DNA from: Candidatus Fermentibacterota bacterium
Lineage (GTDB): Bacteria; Fermentibacterota; Fermentibacteria; Fermentibacterales; JCC-6
Direction of reading: 5' to 3'
NCBI GenBank assembly: GCA_963845085.1
Contig: CAWJQI010000005.1
Span: 701,832-765,831, forward strand
DNA: 64,000 bases
Shown here: piece by piece, positions 9,532 to 18,829 of the stretch
How positions within the stretch are numbered: the first letter of the stretch is position 1
Layout of the letters: the number at the start of each line of letters is the position of its first letter
Notes under the pieces: generated by a model
Databases searched by the model: none
What the model saw: the letters and a program-made list of their open reading frames with translations, nothing else
Told to the model about the DNA's origin: nothing
Translations under genes and position numbers: made by a program

Positions 9532-10158
9532 TCATTCTTCACAGGCGAACATGGTCTTGATCCCGCCGAACGTGCTCTGTGAAAGGGAGAGATCGCCCGA
9601 GAGCATCAATTCCGAAATCTGTGTGGAAAGAACACCGGTGGGGGCGGCGAGGCTGACAGCCTTGACGCAACGGACGGCGCCAGTGTCCCATCTCCATGTG
9701 TAGAAGCTGTATGCCGTGTTGGCTGAGGCCCACTGAAGGTCGATGAGCAGGTTCTGCTCGCCGCCGTACCAGTACGGGCTGTCAAGTGCAACTGCAGCCC
9801 AGTCGTTGGCGTTCCCGCTGAGGTCGAGTGTGTCCGCCGCGAAAACGAGGGTGCGGGTGCCCGGAACCCAGTTGCTGTCGAATGTTGCATCCAGTTCATC
9901 GTCGGCGCAGAGCCCCATGTAGATCTCAACGCCGTAGTAATGGCCCTGGTCGCTGCCGCCGGTTGCTCTCTGCCAGGCTAATGAAAGTATCTCCATTGCG
10001 TTTTCTATCTCACTGTCGAGCACCACCACCTGGTAGTGCATCTGCGAGCTTCAAGAACCGCACCAGGGATCGCTTGACTGCGAGCCCTGGCTGCCGATGG
10101 TGATGTCTGCGGCTGAAGCCGTCATCACCACGGCCAACAGGAACAGAATTGACTTCAT
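9532..10158 (-). CDS. Putative secreted selenoprotein B (208 aa; CGSU motif, TGA 10053-10051 read as Sec)
   Basis: ATG 10158 after GAGGGG; MKSILFLLAVVMTASA signal peptide, then ...DPWCGS*SSQMHYQVVVLDSEI in frame with ORF 9532-10041; paralog of 8888-9520. Confidence 0.8.
10020..10039 (-). promoter_or_regulatory. SECIS-like hairpin of selenoprotein B
   Basis: GCACUACC-AGGU-GGUGGUGC, 8-bp stem starting 11 nt after UGA. Confidence 0.7.
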
Positions 10159-10414
10159 GCTGATCCCCTCCATACGGTAGCCCATGCCCGCCCGATACCG
10201 GATGCCGTTGCCTGGCGCATTCGATCATCGGACTTGCACGGAATGATGGCGTAGTATTTGCAAATTTGTCCGTATATGCAAGAAGGTCCGATTTGTCCCT
10301 TCAGACCGTGCTTCAATGGCCTGGTGAATCACGCTGTTCACTATAAGGGCTGCCTGAAGGCGGGCAGTCTTCAATCCAACGAAGGCATCTGCGGAAGGGT
10401 GGTCCATTCCCGGA

Positions 10415-11974
10415 TCACTCGACAAGTGTGATGGAAGCGCCAGGCGGCAGCCCTTCGGAGATCCGTTCCAACAACCCGAGCACTCTGGTGGAGTCGCCGG
10501 ACGGCGTGACAAAAATGTCGACATCAGGAAACCCCACGACCACCGGACCTGTCATTCGAAGCAGCGCGACCCTGTTCCAAGACACAGGCACCTCCCCCTC
10601 GAACACGCTTCCATAAAGCATCACAAGACCGGCACCGTCGTCATCAACCATTGCTTCCACCCAGCCCGTGCCCCTCTCGAGGTGGTGCCTCCGGGACTCT
10701 TCGTTGGCAAGTCCCCACAGGTCAAGAACATGGTTCGGGTTGCCGTAGGACACCCACCCGATGTCGTTCACCGCAATCCTGTCTCCGTAGGCGACGGCGA
10801 TCCTGTGCATCACCCCTTGCTGAAGGAAGATCACCCGTGATGCAAACGGTGTCTTCAGGGTGGTGACGAGTTCCGGAAGAAGGAACACCGTTAAGGGAAG
10901 CAGCACGACGCAGGCTCTTCCCAGCCCCCTTCCTCCAGAAAACAACCGGGACAGACCGTTCCGGGATGCCCAGGCAATAGAGATGAGAATGATGAGCAGG
11001 GAATAGACATGATACCTTCCAAACCACCCGAACCTGCCCACGAGCATGTGTGCGGCTCCCACCATCGAAGCGAAGGCCGTCACGAGCCTGGAACTCCTGT
11101 CGCGAACCAGCACCCATGCCGCAGGCAGGAGAGCGAGAAGAACGAGGAACCGGAAGGCGTCGATGTCGGTCGTGAACAGCGCCAGACGGTTGGCGACTGA
11201 TTCGGCAACACCGCCGTTCAAGCCTCCCTCGGCCAGTTTTGCGAGCACTGAACCTGGAAGTGGCGGAAGTCCCCGCGAAACAAGGAACCCCGAGAAGACA
11301 AGCAGCGGAAGAACGGCTGCCGCAGCGAGCAACACCGCCTCCTTCCGCCTTCGTGCAAGCATCAGTATGGCTGCGGCGCCGAACGTCACCGCGAGCATTT
11401 CGTAACGCACCATCGGCCCCAGTATCATGGAAAACCGCATACCCCTGCCGACCGCGCAGCCGCTTGCGACCTGCATGACGCCCTTGAGCACGGCAAGTGA
11501 CAGCGCCACCTGAAGGCTGTGTTCCATCCCTGTCATCACCAGACCGAACAGGTTCGCGGACAGAGCCAGCCAGATCGACAGGATGATCCGGACCGGGCCG
11601 CCGGTGGAGGGAAGAAGCATCGACATGATGTCGTGAACAAGCAGTACCGCCCAGAGCAGGGCTGCCAGGTTGAGAAGAAGTGGAATACCGGTGTGAAATG
11701 GTGTTCCAGCGAAGGGAGCCAGAAGAAAATCCCACACCACTGAAGAGGATGGTGCGCTCATCTCTCCCGGGTTGATCCCGTAGCCGCCCCGTGCTATCTG
11801 CTCGCTTATGCTCAGGTGGATGTAGGCATCATCGAGGCTGTAGACCAGCGAACCCCCGCAGAGGATGATGGAAGCTCCGACCAGTGCGGCCATCACAAGA
11901 AGCGCCCCGGCAATGAGGCCCGTAATGCTTTTTACACCCGGGGAACCCGCACCCTGCGTATCGGAACCCATCAT
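10415..11974 (-). CDS. Polytopic membrane protein, GT-C-like glycosyltransferase
   Basis: YSLDDAYIH (DD motif in first loop), GxNPGE...SS, GMEH, RYE, DLWGL motifs; many TM segments. Confidence 0.7.
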   Translation of the reverse strand: MMGSDTQGAGSPGVKSITGLIAGALLVMAALVGASIILCGGSLVYSLDDAYIHLSISEQIARGGYGINPGEMSAPSSSVVWDFLLAPFAGTPFHTGIPLLLNLAALLWAVLLVHDIMSMLLPSTGGPVRIILSIWLALSANLFGLVMTGMEHSLQVALSLAVLKGVMQVASGCAVGRGMRFSMILGPMVRYEMLAVTFGAAAILMLARRRKEAVLLAAAAVLPLLVFSGFLVSRGLPPLPGSVLAKLAEGGLNGGVAESVANRLALFTTDIDAFRFLVLLALLPAAWVLVRDRSSRLVTAFASMVGAAHMLVGRFGWFGRYHVYSLLIILISIAWASRNGLSRLFSGGRGLGRACVVLLPLTVFLLPELVTTLKTPFASRVIFLQQGVMHRIAVAYGDRIAVNDIGWVSYGNPNHVLDLWGLANEESRRHHLERGTGWVEAMVDDDGAGLVMLYGSVFEGEVPVSWNRVALLRMTGPVVVGFPDVDIFVTPSGDSTRVLGLLERISEGLPPGASITLVE

Positions 11975-13545
11975 CTCCCTCCCGCCGGTGGCTCAATTAT
12001 GGCAAGGTCCCCGGCGGAAACGGCAGCAACCGCGGATTCACCGGGTGGATTCGCTGGTCCGACCAAAAGAAGCCCTTTTGCGCTGACGGGCGTCGAAACC
12101 CCCACAAGTCCGCTGAAGTACGGGTCAAGGTGTACGTCATGACCGTTCTTCGCAAGCCGGTTGACCACTCCGGCAGCCACCGGCCACAGATCCCTCGGGC
12201 TGGGTTCAAGGTACCAGCAGCCGCCGGGATGAGCAGAAAAATACCTTTCGAGACCGGCCGAAAGAACGCGCACGCTCTCGTCCTCATAACCAAGCGGGTC
12301 GTATGCTCCGGCATGGGGAGCAGCCAGCGGCCGGATTACCATGAAAGCCGGGATCAACATGATCGGGAGCAGGATAATCGGGTACGCTCTGGAACGGGCC
12401 AGGCAGCGTCCTGCAAGTTCGATTGCAGTGCCTGCAAAAACAAGCCATGTGAGGAGCGACGTTATCGAAAACCACGAGAAGAGGTAGCTGTGAAGCCCTC
12501 CCCTTACCTGGAGCACCCCGAGGAACATCACAGCTTGAGCCACGATCAGAACAACGGCAAGAGAGGACATGAACCCTCCCCTTCCCGCTTTTCGGAGCAG
12601 CAGAGCGCAAACTGCAAGAGCAAGAAGCCGGACAAGAGCCATGACAAACACAACATGCATGAGAATGCCCCATGCTCGCAGCATTTTTGGAAAGAACAGC
12701 CAGGTTTCCGATGCCATCAGAGCACCGGACCACTCCCTCATGGCGACCTTAACACCCACGGACGCCGGGTTCTCCCCGAGGAACCGGAATATCCTGGCGA
12801 TATTTCCCTCCCCCGGGAGCAGTTCCTGGATCAGGACAGGCAGCCAGATCGCCGCCAGAATGACTGCGGAAGCTGCAAGAGGCCTTTTTTTGCAGCAATA
12901 GGCGGAGCTTGCACGACGGCCGGCCAATAACCAGGGAACTGAGGCTGCGACGGCCATTGCGGCAACAACGGGTGCACCTCCAATGTGTGTCTGGGCGACC
13001 AGTGAGCTGCTGAAAACAGCGACGGGAAGCCACCTGCACCGCCCGGCACCGACCGAGGCTATCGAGACGGAGTAGAGCAGGAATGGAAATGCGATCACGA
13101 AGGGGTTCCAGTCCTGAAGCCATTCGATCGGCGGAGTAACCGCAAGGTACACCAGGGTCGCAAGGCAGAATGCCGTTGCGGTAGTACCGCCGCTCATGCG
13201 CAGGATGATCAGGAATGCCGCAGCAACCGATGCTGCAATCAGGGCTGCAACGGTTACGTAGTGGGATGATGACAAAAAGCCCGACGCGAACATGACCGGC
13301 ATCCGCAGGAAGAGGTACAGCGGGCCCGGGTGGTTGAAGCCGAACCTGGAGTATGGACCCAGCAGCGAGCGTCCGGTGGCAGCGTTCCTGGTGGAGATGT
13401 CAAGCATGGCGTGGTCGCCCTCCAGTGCAAGATCAACCGTTCCCGCGCCGAGCGTCAAGAGACATACTGCAATCAAAGGGGAGAGGGCCAGGCTGAGGGC
13501 CAGCCAGGGCAGCAGTCGTTTTGAAAAAGGAACTCCTCTGATCAT
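11971..13545 (-). CDS. Polytopic membrane protein, probable GT-C-like glycosyltransferase
   Basis: GDHA...LLGPYSRFGFNHPGPLY, WNPF and QTH motifs; many TM segments; ATGA overlap with 10415-11974. Confidence 0.62.
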   Translation of the reverse strand: MIRGVPFSKRLLPWLALSLALSPLIAVCLLTLGAGTVDLALEGDHAMLDISTRNAATGRSLLGPYSRFGFNHPGPLYLFLRMPVMFASGFLSSSHYVTVAALIAASVAAAFLIILRMSGGTTATAFCLATLVYLAVTPPIEWLQDWNPFVIAFPFLLYSVSIASVGAGRCRWLPVAVFSSSLVAQTHIGGAPVVAAMAVAASVPWLLAGRRASSAYCCKKRPLAASAVILAAIWLPVLIQELLPGEGNIARIFRFLGENPASVGVKVAMREWSGALMASETWLFFPKMLRAWGILMHVVFVMALVRLLALAVCALLLRKAGRGGFMSSLAVVLIVAQAVMFLGVLQVRGGLHSYLFSWFSITSLLTWLVFAGTAIELAGRCLARSRAYPIILLPIMLIPAFMVIRPLAAPHAGAYDPLGYEDESVRVLSAGLERYFSAHPGGCWYLEPSPRDLWPVAAGVVNRLAKNGHDVHLDPYFSGLVGVSTPVSAKGLLLVGPANPPGESAVAAVSAGDLAIIEPPAGGR

Positions 13546-13677
13546 GGCGCTTGCATATCCAAAGGAAGGTGCGCGGTCAAGGAAGGACCCGACAGTGGCC
13601 AAGCTTCCCGGGCATGGCCTTCATATAATTGGATTCGCATGATCACCAGACAGAGTTACAAATAATGGAGGATGCTT

Positions 13678-14796
13678 ATGAGCGATGCTCGGGTACTTGG
13701 TTGCGGCATGGTTGGAAGCGCCATCGCCAGGGATCTTGCCGCATCCGGTCACAAGGTAAGGGTGTTCGACAGGTCGACCGAGGCGCTTGACAAGGTTGCT
13801 GGAGTAGCTGGCATTGAAACGGCTGAGCTCAACCTGTCCTCCCCCGGGACCGCGGCGGGCGCACTGGCCGGCGCAGACATAGCGGTAAACGCAGTTCCCG
13901 GCCACATGGGGCTTTCCGTTCTTGAACAGGCCATCCACGCGGGAGTGGACATGGTCGACATCTCTTTCATGCCCGAGGACCCAGCTCATCTCGACGAATT
14001 CGCGAGGGAACACGGAGTCCGTTGCATTGTCGACATGGGAGTGGCCCCTGGTTTGAGCAACATACTTTTCGGCCGGGCCCTCTCGGTCCTGGGTTCCCTG
14101 AAAACATTCCGATGCCGTGTCGGCGGGCTGCCGGTCGAGAGAAAGCTGCCATGGCAGTACCTTGCCCCCTTCTCACCGGTGGATGTTCTGGAGGAGTACA
14201 CCAGGCCGGCGCGGATTATCAGGGAAGGCAAGGTCGTTACTCTGCCTGCTCTTTCCGAACCCGAAGTGTTCGATTTCCCCGGAGTTGGAACCCTCGAGGA
14301 CTTTCTTACCGACGGTCTGCGCTCACTGCTGCGCTACCAGAACGTTGTTCCCTTCATGGAGGAGCGCACGATCAGGTTCCCCGGTCACAGGGATGCGATC
14401 CTTCTGCTGCGCGATTCCGGTTTCCTTTCAACGGAAAGGGTTAGCGTGAGGGGCGGAGCGGTGGTTTCTCCCATGGAGCTCACATCCAGGCTCCTTGTAA
14501 AAGCCTGGCACATGAAACCGGAGGACAGGGACATCACGGTGATGGGCGTCGAGGCCGGGAACGAAGGTTCAGGGATAGCATGGCGCCTTGTCGACCGTTT
14601 CTGCGAGAAAACCCAGACCAGCTCGATGGCAAGAACTACAGGCTACACATGCACCGCGGGGGTGAGCCTTCTCACTTCCGGAACGCTGAAAAAGCCGGGG
14701 ATAATCTTCCCCGAGGATATCGGCGCAAACCCGGTGTGTTTCGACGCCGTTTGCAGCCACCTCCGCAGAAGGGATGTCAGGCTGGAACAGGTCTGA
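13678..14796 (+). CDS. Saccharopine dehydrogenase / lysine 6-dehydrogenase family protein
   Basis: VLGCGMVG Rossmann motif; DMGVAPGLSN; FSPVDVLEEYTRPA; SSMARTTG. Confidence 0.88.
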   Translation: MSDARVLGCGMVGSAIARDLAASGHKVRVFDRSTEALDKVAGVAGIETAELNLSSPGTAAGALAGADIAVNAVPGHMGLSVLEQAIHAGVDMVDISFMPEDPAHLDEFAREHGVRCIVDMGVAPGLSNILFGRALSVLGSLKTFRCRVGGLPVERKLPWQYLAPFSPVDVLEEYTRPARIIREGKVVTLPALSEPEVFDFPGVGTLEDFLTDGLRSLLRYQNVVPFMEERTIRFPGHRDAILLLRDSGFLSTERVSVRGGAVVSPMELTSRLLVKAWHMKPEDRDITVMGVEAGNEGSGIAWRLVDRFCEKTQTSSMARTTGYTCTAGVSLLTSGTLKKPGIIFPEDIGANPVCFDAVCSHLRRRDVRLEQV

Positions 14797-14818
14797 CATT
14801 CGAACCACGGCAATGAGA

Positions 14819-14846
14819 AAGGGCGCCGGGTTTCCCCGACGCCCTT
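14819..14846. terminator. Stem-loop between convergent genes (probably bidirectional terminator)
   Basis: aagggcgccggg-tttc-cccgacgccctt. Confidence 0.65.
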
Positions 14847-14863
14847 CCCGTTGAATGTGCGGA

Positions 14864-15875
14864 CTAGAAGTTGTAGGTGGCTGCCACGTGGCTCATGAAG
14901 CCGTTGTCGACTCCACCGACCATGTAGGGGCCGTCATGCAGGAAGTCTTCGCCGATTGTCGCATCGAGGCAGAAGTTGTCCCACTTGAGGCCGATGCCGA
15001 AGTTGGTGGTGAAGTCTGTGGTAAGCTCGTTGGAGTCGCCCGAGGACCAGTACTCGGTGTTGCTGGTGGCGCCGGCGCGAAGGATGAACCACTTGCCGAT
15101 GCTCTGCTCAACTCCCCCGGTGATCCTGGGGATGGTGATTCTCATCTGGGAGTCCATGTCCTCGTAGTCGCCGCCGTAGCTGATGCTGGTAACGCCCACG
15201 AAAGCGCCCATGACGAACTGGGTCTTGGGGGCGATCATGTGGTTGTGACCCGCACCAAGGTCGAAGCTGACGGTGGAGATGCTTTCATCGGTGTCATCAT
15301 TGCCGCTGCCGTCCTGGCTGAAGCCGGCGCTGATGATCGGGAAAAGGTTGAAGAAGGCGTCCTGGTGACCGCGGAGGGACCCGCCGACGTTAAGGCCACT
15401 GGTGTAGGGGTTCACGTCTTCGATGTCCTCGCTGTCCTTGTTGTAGCCAAAACCGAGGGCGAGGTCGGTGTAGTCGCCGAAAAGGGCGATATCGGTACCC
15501 CAGGCGAGGCCAACGGCCATCTCCTTCTGATAAATACCCTCATACCTTATACTTGTTGTAGTCGATGGAAAGGATCGCGCCCCAGGCACCGGGGCTGAAG
15601 AGGAACTCGTGCATGTAGTCGTCGTGGTTGATCGTAAGACCAAAGGTGGTGTCGCCGAAATTCTTGGTCATTCCGAACCAGCCGTCTGAGATGTCTTCGC
15701 CGGTCTCGCTGCTTCCGGTAACGAATTCGTAGTCGCCTATGACACCGGGATAGGCCCACATCTCAAGATAGTCGTCAAGCATAAGCCTGGCGTCGCCCCC
15801 GAGAACCATCAGCCTTGGGTCGCTAGCGAACGCTGCAACCGCAAGCACCGCGAGAACGGTGAGTGCCTTTCTCAT
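14864..15875 (-). CDS. Outer-membrane beta-barrel (porin-like) protein, split by a frameshift near 15546
   Basis: ATG 15875 after AGGAGGAG; signal peptide MRKALTVLAVLAVAAFA; continues in the frame of ORF 14864-15643; alternating beta-strands; C-terminal ATYNF. Confidence 0.75.
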
Positions 15876-16145
15876 GTCTCCTCCTTGTTTTGATTGCACC
15901 CCTGCGTGGGTGATCTACCACGCCCGGTTTGAACACACTCCCAAACCCACCGAAAAATCCCTTTCGGCATCAACCCGATGCCCACCCCGAAAAGCGGCGG
16001 ATGCCGCAACACTCAACGAATATATGAATTTCAATAATTGGTGAAAAGTCAACCCCGGTTCTTGCTGAGAGCAACCCACCCCCCGTGTTTCCCGCAACCG
16101 CCGCCACGCGGCTGCGGGAATGTGACGAATGGAATGCACGACGGC

Positions 16146-16859
16146 CTAAAGAGTTTCAACCGTAATACTTCCATTTACCGTTTCGATGGCCAGTGGTGAA
16201 TCGCCGCCGGCAGTTACCGAGATCCCGGTCGAGGAGGTTGTGGTGATCCCCACGGTTTCAACCGATCCGTTCACGGTCTCGGCAGTGAACCCGACGGTTT
16301 CTGGGATCGCAGCCCGGATGCTGCCGTTGACCGAACTCAGTTCCATTCCCGCAGAAACACTCCGGAACGAAGCGGTGATGTTCCCGTTCGTTGTTTCAGC
16401 TCCGGCCCCCCCGGTGGCTCCTTCGATGGAGATGGTGCCGTTGACGGCCTCGACGTCAACCATGTGCGGGCCGGCAATGCTTATGCCTCCATTGACGACT
16501 TCAACATGTGCATCGAGGGAAAGGCCTTCCGGCACCCTTACAAGGAACCTGACGGACATGTTCTCACCGTCGGGATACCTGACCTCGTAAGCCAGGGACT
16601 CAGTGCCCGGGGAGACCTCGATGGCAAAACCATCCGGAATTCCGCGGGAGGAGTCTCCGTAGATAGAGAGTGTGACTTCCACGTCGGAACCGTTCCATGA
16701 CTCGATGCTTACATCGCCGTTCACGTTCTCGATCTCAAGGCTGCTTCCGGGTCCGAGGGCATACCTTTCCGTGCGCTCTTCGAGAAGGTCATCCCCGAGA
16801 GTGATGGAACAGGCCGACCAGAACAGCAGGGTTCCGAAGACAAACATGCCGGGCTTCAT
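16146..16859 (-). CDS. DUF4097 beta-strand repeat lipoprotein
   Basis: Repeated VNG.I/V units; lipobox-like WSAC. Confidence 0.78.
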   Translation of the reverse strand: MKPGMFVFGTLLFWSACSITLGDDLLEERTERYALGPGSSLEIENVNGDVSIESWNGSDVEVTLSIYGDSSRGIPDGFAIEVSPGTESLAYEVRYPDGENMSVRFLVRVPEGLSLDAHVEVVNGGISIAGPHMVDVEAVNGTISIEGATGGAGAETTNGNITASFRSVSAGMELSSVNGSIRAAIPETVGFTAETVNGSVETVGITTTSSTGISVTAGGDSPLAIETVNGSITVETL

Positions 16860-16863
16860 GAAC

Positions 16864-17241
16864 TCATCCTTCCGCTTCGGAGGAGGACCCGCGAAGGATC
16901 TCCACCGCCTCATCAACGCTCAAGCCACCGTGATGCAGGTCTTCCAGCACATCCAGAGGGTGTCTCTCGGTACCGCTCAAGCCCTTGAAAAGCTCTTCGA
17001 TCCTGGCCCTGACGGTGGGATAAGACACTCCGAGGCTTCGCTGCACTGCCTTCAGATTCCCGCGGGACTCAAGGAAAAGGTTGAACAGCCTTTTGCTTTC
17101 GCCGGAAAGGGAGCAGATCGGGCACATCCTGTACTTCCCCTCGACCTGAGTCCCGCACTTCGGACATGCGAGCTTTATGACAAGAAGACCTTCACCGCAT
17201 GACGGACAGCTTGTGGGGGTGGGAGTGTTACACATCCTCAC
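16864..17241 (-). CDS. DUF2089 family protein (Zn ribbon + HTH)
   Basis: CPSCG...CPKCGT; RGNLKAVQRSLGVSYPTVRARI. Confidence 0.88.
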   Translation of the reverse strand: MRMCNTPTPTSCPSCGEGLLVIKLACPKCGTQVEGKYRMCPICSLSGESKRLFNLFLESRGNLKAVQRSLGVSYPTVRARIEELFKGLSGTERHPLDVLEDLHHGGLSVDEAVEILRGSSSEAEG

Positions 17242-18142
17242 TCCCGCTGACCGTCACTCCTCCGCCCATGGTCTTCACGACAAGGATGGATCCTTCCTCC
17301 CCGTTTCCGGCTTCGATGACCTTCCGCGATGAGCCGGGTGTGGACCTGTCGTCAATCACCCTCGCTCCCGAGACATCCACAGTTCCTCCCATTGTCGATG
17401 CATCGACCTTTCCGTTGAACCCTTCCAGCAGTTCGACAGAAACACCGCCGCCCATGGTCTTTGCCTTCGAGCCGCCGCTCCACTCCGGTCCAAGAACGAG
17501 TTCAAGACCGCCGCCCATGGTCTTCACGGAGAAGTGAGCGCCCGGTCTGACCACACGGACACCGCCGCCCATGGTCCGGGCCCTGAACGGGCACTTCACA
17601 CCGTCCACCGAAATGCTTCCGCCCTTCAGCACGAGTTCAAGCGTGCCCGCGGTTTTCGGGACTTCGAGTTCAAGGCCGTTCTTTTCGACGAATATCTGGA
17701 TGCTGCCCTCATCACGAAGAACCTTCAGCTTGTCGCCTCCGAGAGGGCGGGCAACCAGCCTGCCACCCTCGCTGGAAGTCACGTTCAGGCTGCCGTTCGC
17801 GCCACAGAGTTTGAGGCCGGCGCTTCTGACCCAAACCGCCACACCCTCAGGAAGTTCCTCGTCGAAGAAGTCCATCTCGACCGCTTCCTCGGGCACATCC
17901 TCCCTCGCGAAGCCAACTCTCATCTCCTTCATGACTTCGCCCATCATGTCACCCATGGCATGGAATACGCCATGAAAGTGGCCGCCATGCCTCGGGGGCT
18001 TGTGAGGGAACGGGGGGTGTATGCGGTTCTTCGACCCACCCTCGGTGAGGGCGTCGAGGAGCTTGGCTGCATCATCGGCCGAAATGGTGCCATCGGCAAC
18101 CATCTCAAGGACTTTCATTCTCTCTTCGTTCATATCTGACAA
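17228..18142 (-). CDS. SHOCT-like + DUF4097 repeat protein (LiaX/YvlB-like)
   Basis: EERMKVLEMVADGTISADDAAKLLDAL; repeated KTMGGG. Confidence 0.8.
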   Translation of the reverse strand: MSDMNEERMKVLEMVADGTISADDAAKLLDALTEGGSKNRIHPPFPHKPPRHGGHFHGVFHAMGDMMGEVMKEMRVGFAREDVPEEAVEMDFFDEELPEGVAVWVRSAGLKLCGANGSLNVTSSEGGRLVARPLGGDKLKVLRDEGSIQIFVEKNGLELEVPKTAGTLELVLKGGSISVDGVKCPFRARTMGGGVRVVRPGAHFSVKTMGGGLELVLGPEWSGGSKAKTMGGGVSVELLEGFNGKVDASTMGGTVDVSGARVIDDRSTPGSSRKVIEAGNGEEGSILVVKTMGGGVTVSGSEDV

Positions 18143-18201
18143 TTCCTTTCAATTTGTGGTACAGTGGAATTGCCAGAATGATACTTTGCCTTTACAAATT
18201 G

Positions 18202-18828
18202 TCAAGTCTGACGGGATGCCCCATTCTTTTCCAGGCTTGCCCTCAGATCATCGACCTGCCGGTAGATGTCGCCCATCTCTCCTATGAGTTTTCTTTTCAC
18301 TTCAAGAAGGCTTTGCTCGAGGTCCGATGCCGCCTCCCTGAACCTGTTGACGAATCTGGCATTCTCGGTTTCAAGGAAAAGGGACAGAAGCCTGTCAGGT
18401 GTAAGGGCTTCGTTTCGGGCATCCCCGCGGACCTTGTAGGTTCCTCCGCTGGTGCAGTACGGACGGTTCCTTCCCGGTGCGATCTCGACTCTCAGGAACG
18501 GTTTGTCCCCCTCGCCGTTCTCGAGGATGACCCTGACTTCGACCGGGGGGACGCAGCTTTCGGCCTTCCCAAGGATGTTGAGCTTTGCCTTGTCTCCCAC
18601 CTCGCACCCGATGATCTCCGCCAGCTGCATTCCGCGCGAATCCTTCAGTTCCCTGACGCCAAGGAGCACCACACCACCGTGCTCGGTGTTGGCGAAGGCC
18701 ACCAGGTCCTCGGCTGAGAGGGCGCCAACCGACTCCTTGAAGTCAAGCGCCGTTCCCTCCTGGCTGCCGAGAAGCTCCTCGGCTCTCTCGGAAAGGCCGG
18801 TGTACTCGGCCGGCTCATCACGGTTCAC
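18202..18828 (-). CDS. Schlafen/AlbA_2 domain protein with C-terminal coiled coil
   Basis: EGTALDFKE, VAFANTEHGGVVLLGV, PYCT..G.YKVR; start GTG 18828 inferred. Confidence 0.8.
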   Translation of the reverse strand: MNRDEPAEYTGLSERAEELLGSQEGTALDFKESVGALSAEDLVAFANTEHGGVVLLGVRELKDSRGMQLAEIIGCEVGDKAKLNILGKAESCVPPVEVRVILENGEGDKPFLRVEIAPGRNRPYCTSGGTYKVRGDARNEALTPDRLLSLFLETENARFVNRFREAASDLEQSLLEVKRKLIGEMGDIYRQVDDLRASLEKNGASRQT

Positions 18829-18829
18829 C

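Noticed and set aside
8888-10158. Alternative genetic code (UGA = Trp/Gly) or nonsense pseudogenes as the explanation for the in-frame TGAs
   Set aside because: TGA is used as a normal stop by many genes here, including the end of paralog B; independent nonsense mutations at the same aligned CxxU position with conserved hairpins are unlikely
10247-10261. Sigma54-like motif TGGCGTAGTATTTGC on the plus strand
   Set aside because: It points away from the adjacent minus-strand genes with no credible plus-strand target; possibly chance
17263-17580. Repeated ccgcccatggtc motif
   Set aside because: Encodes the TMGG repeats of the DUF4097-type protein
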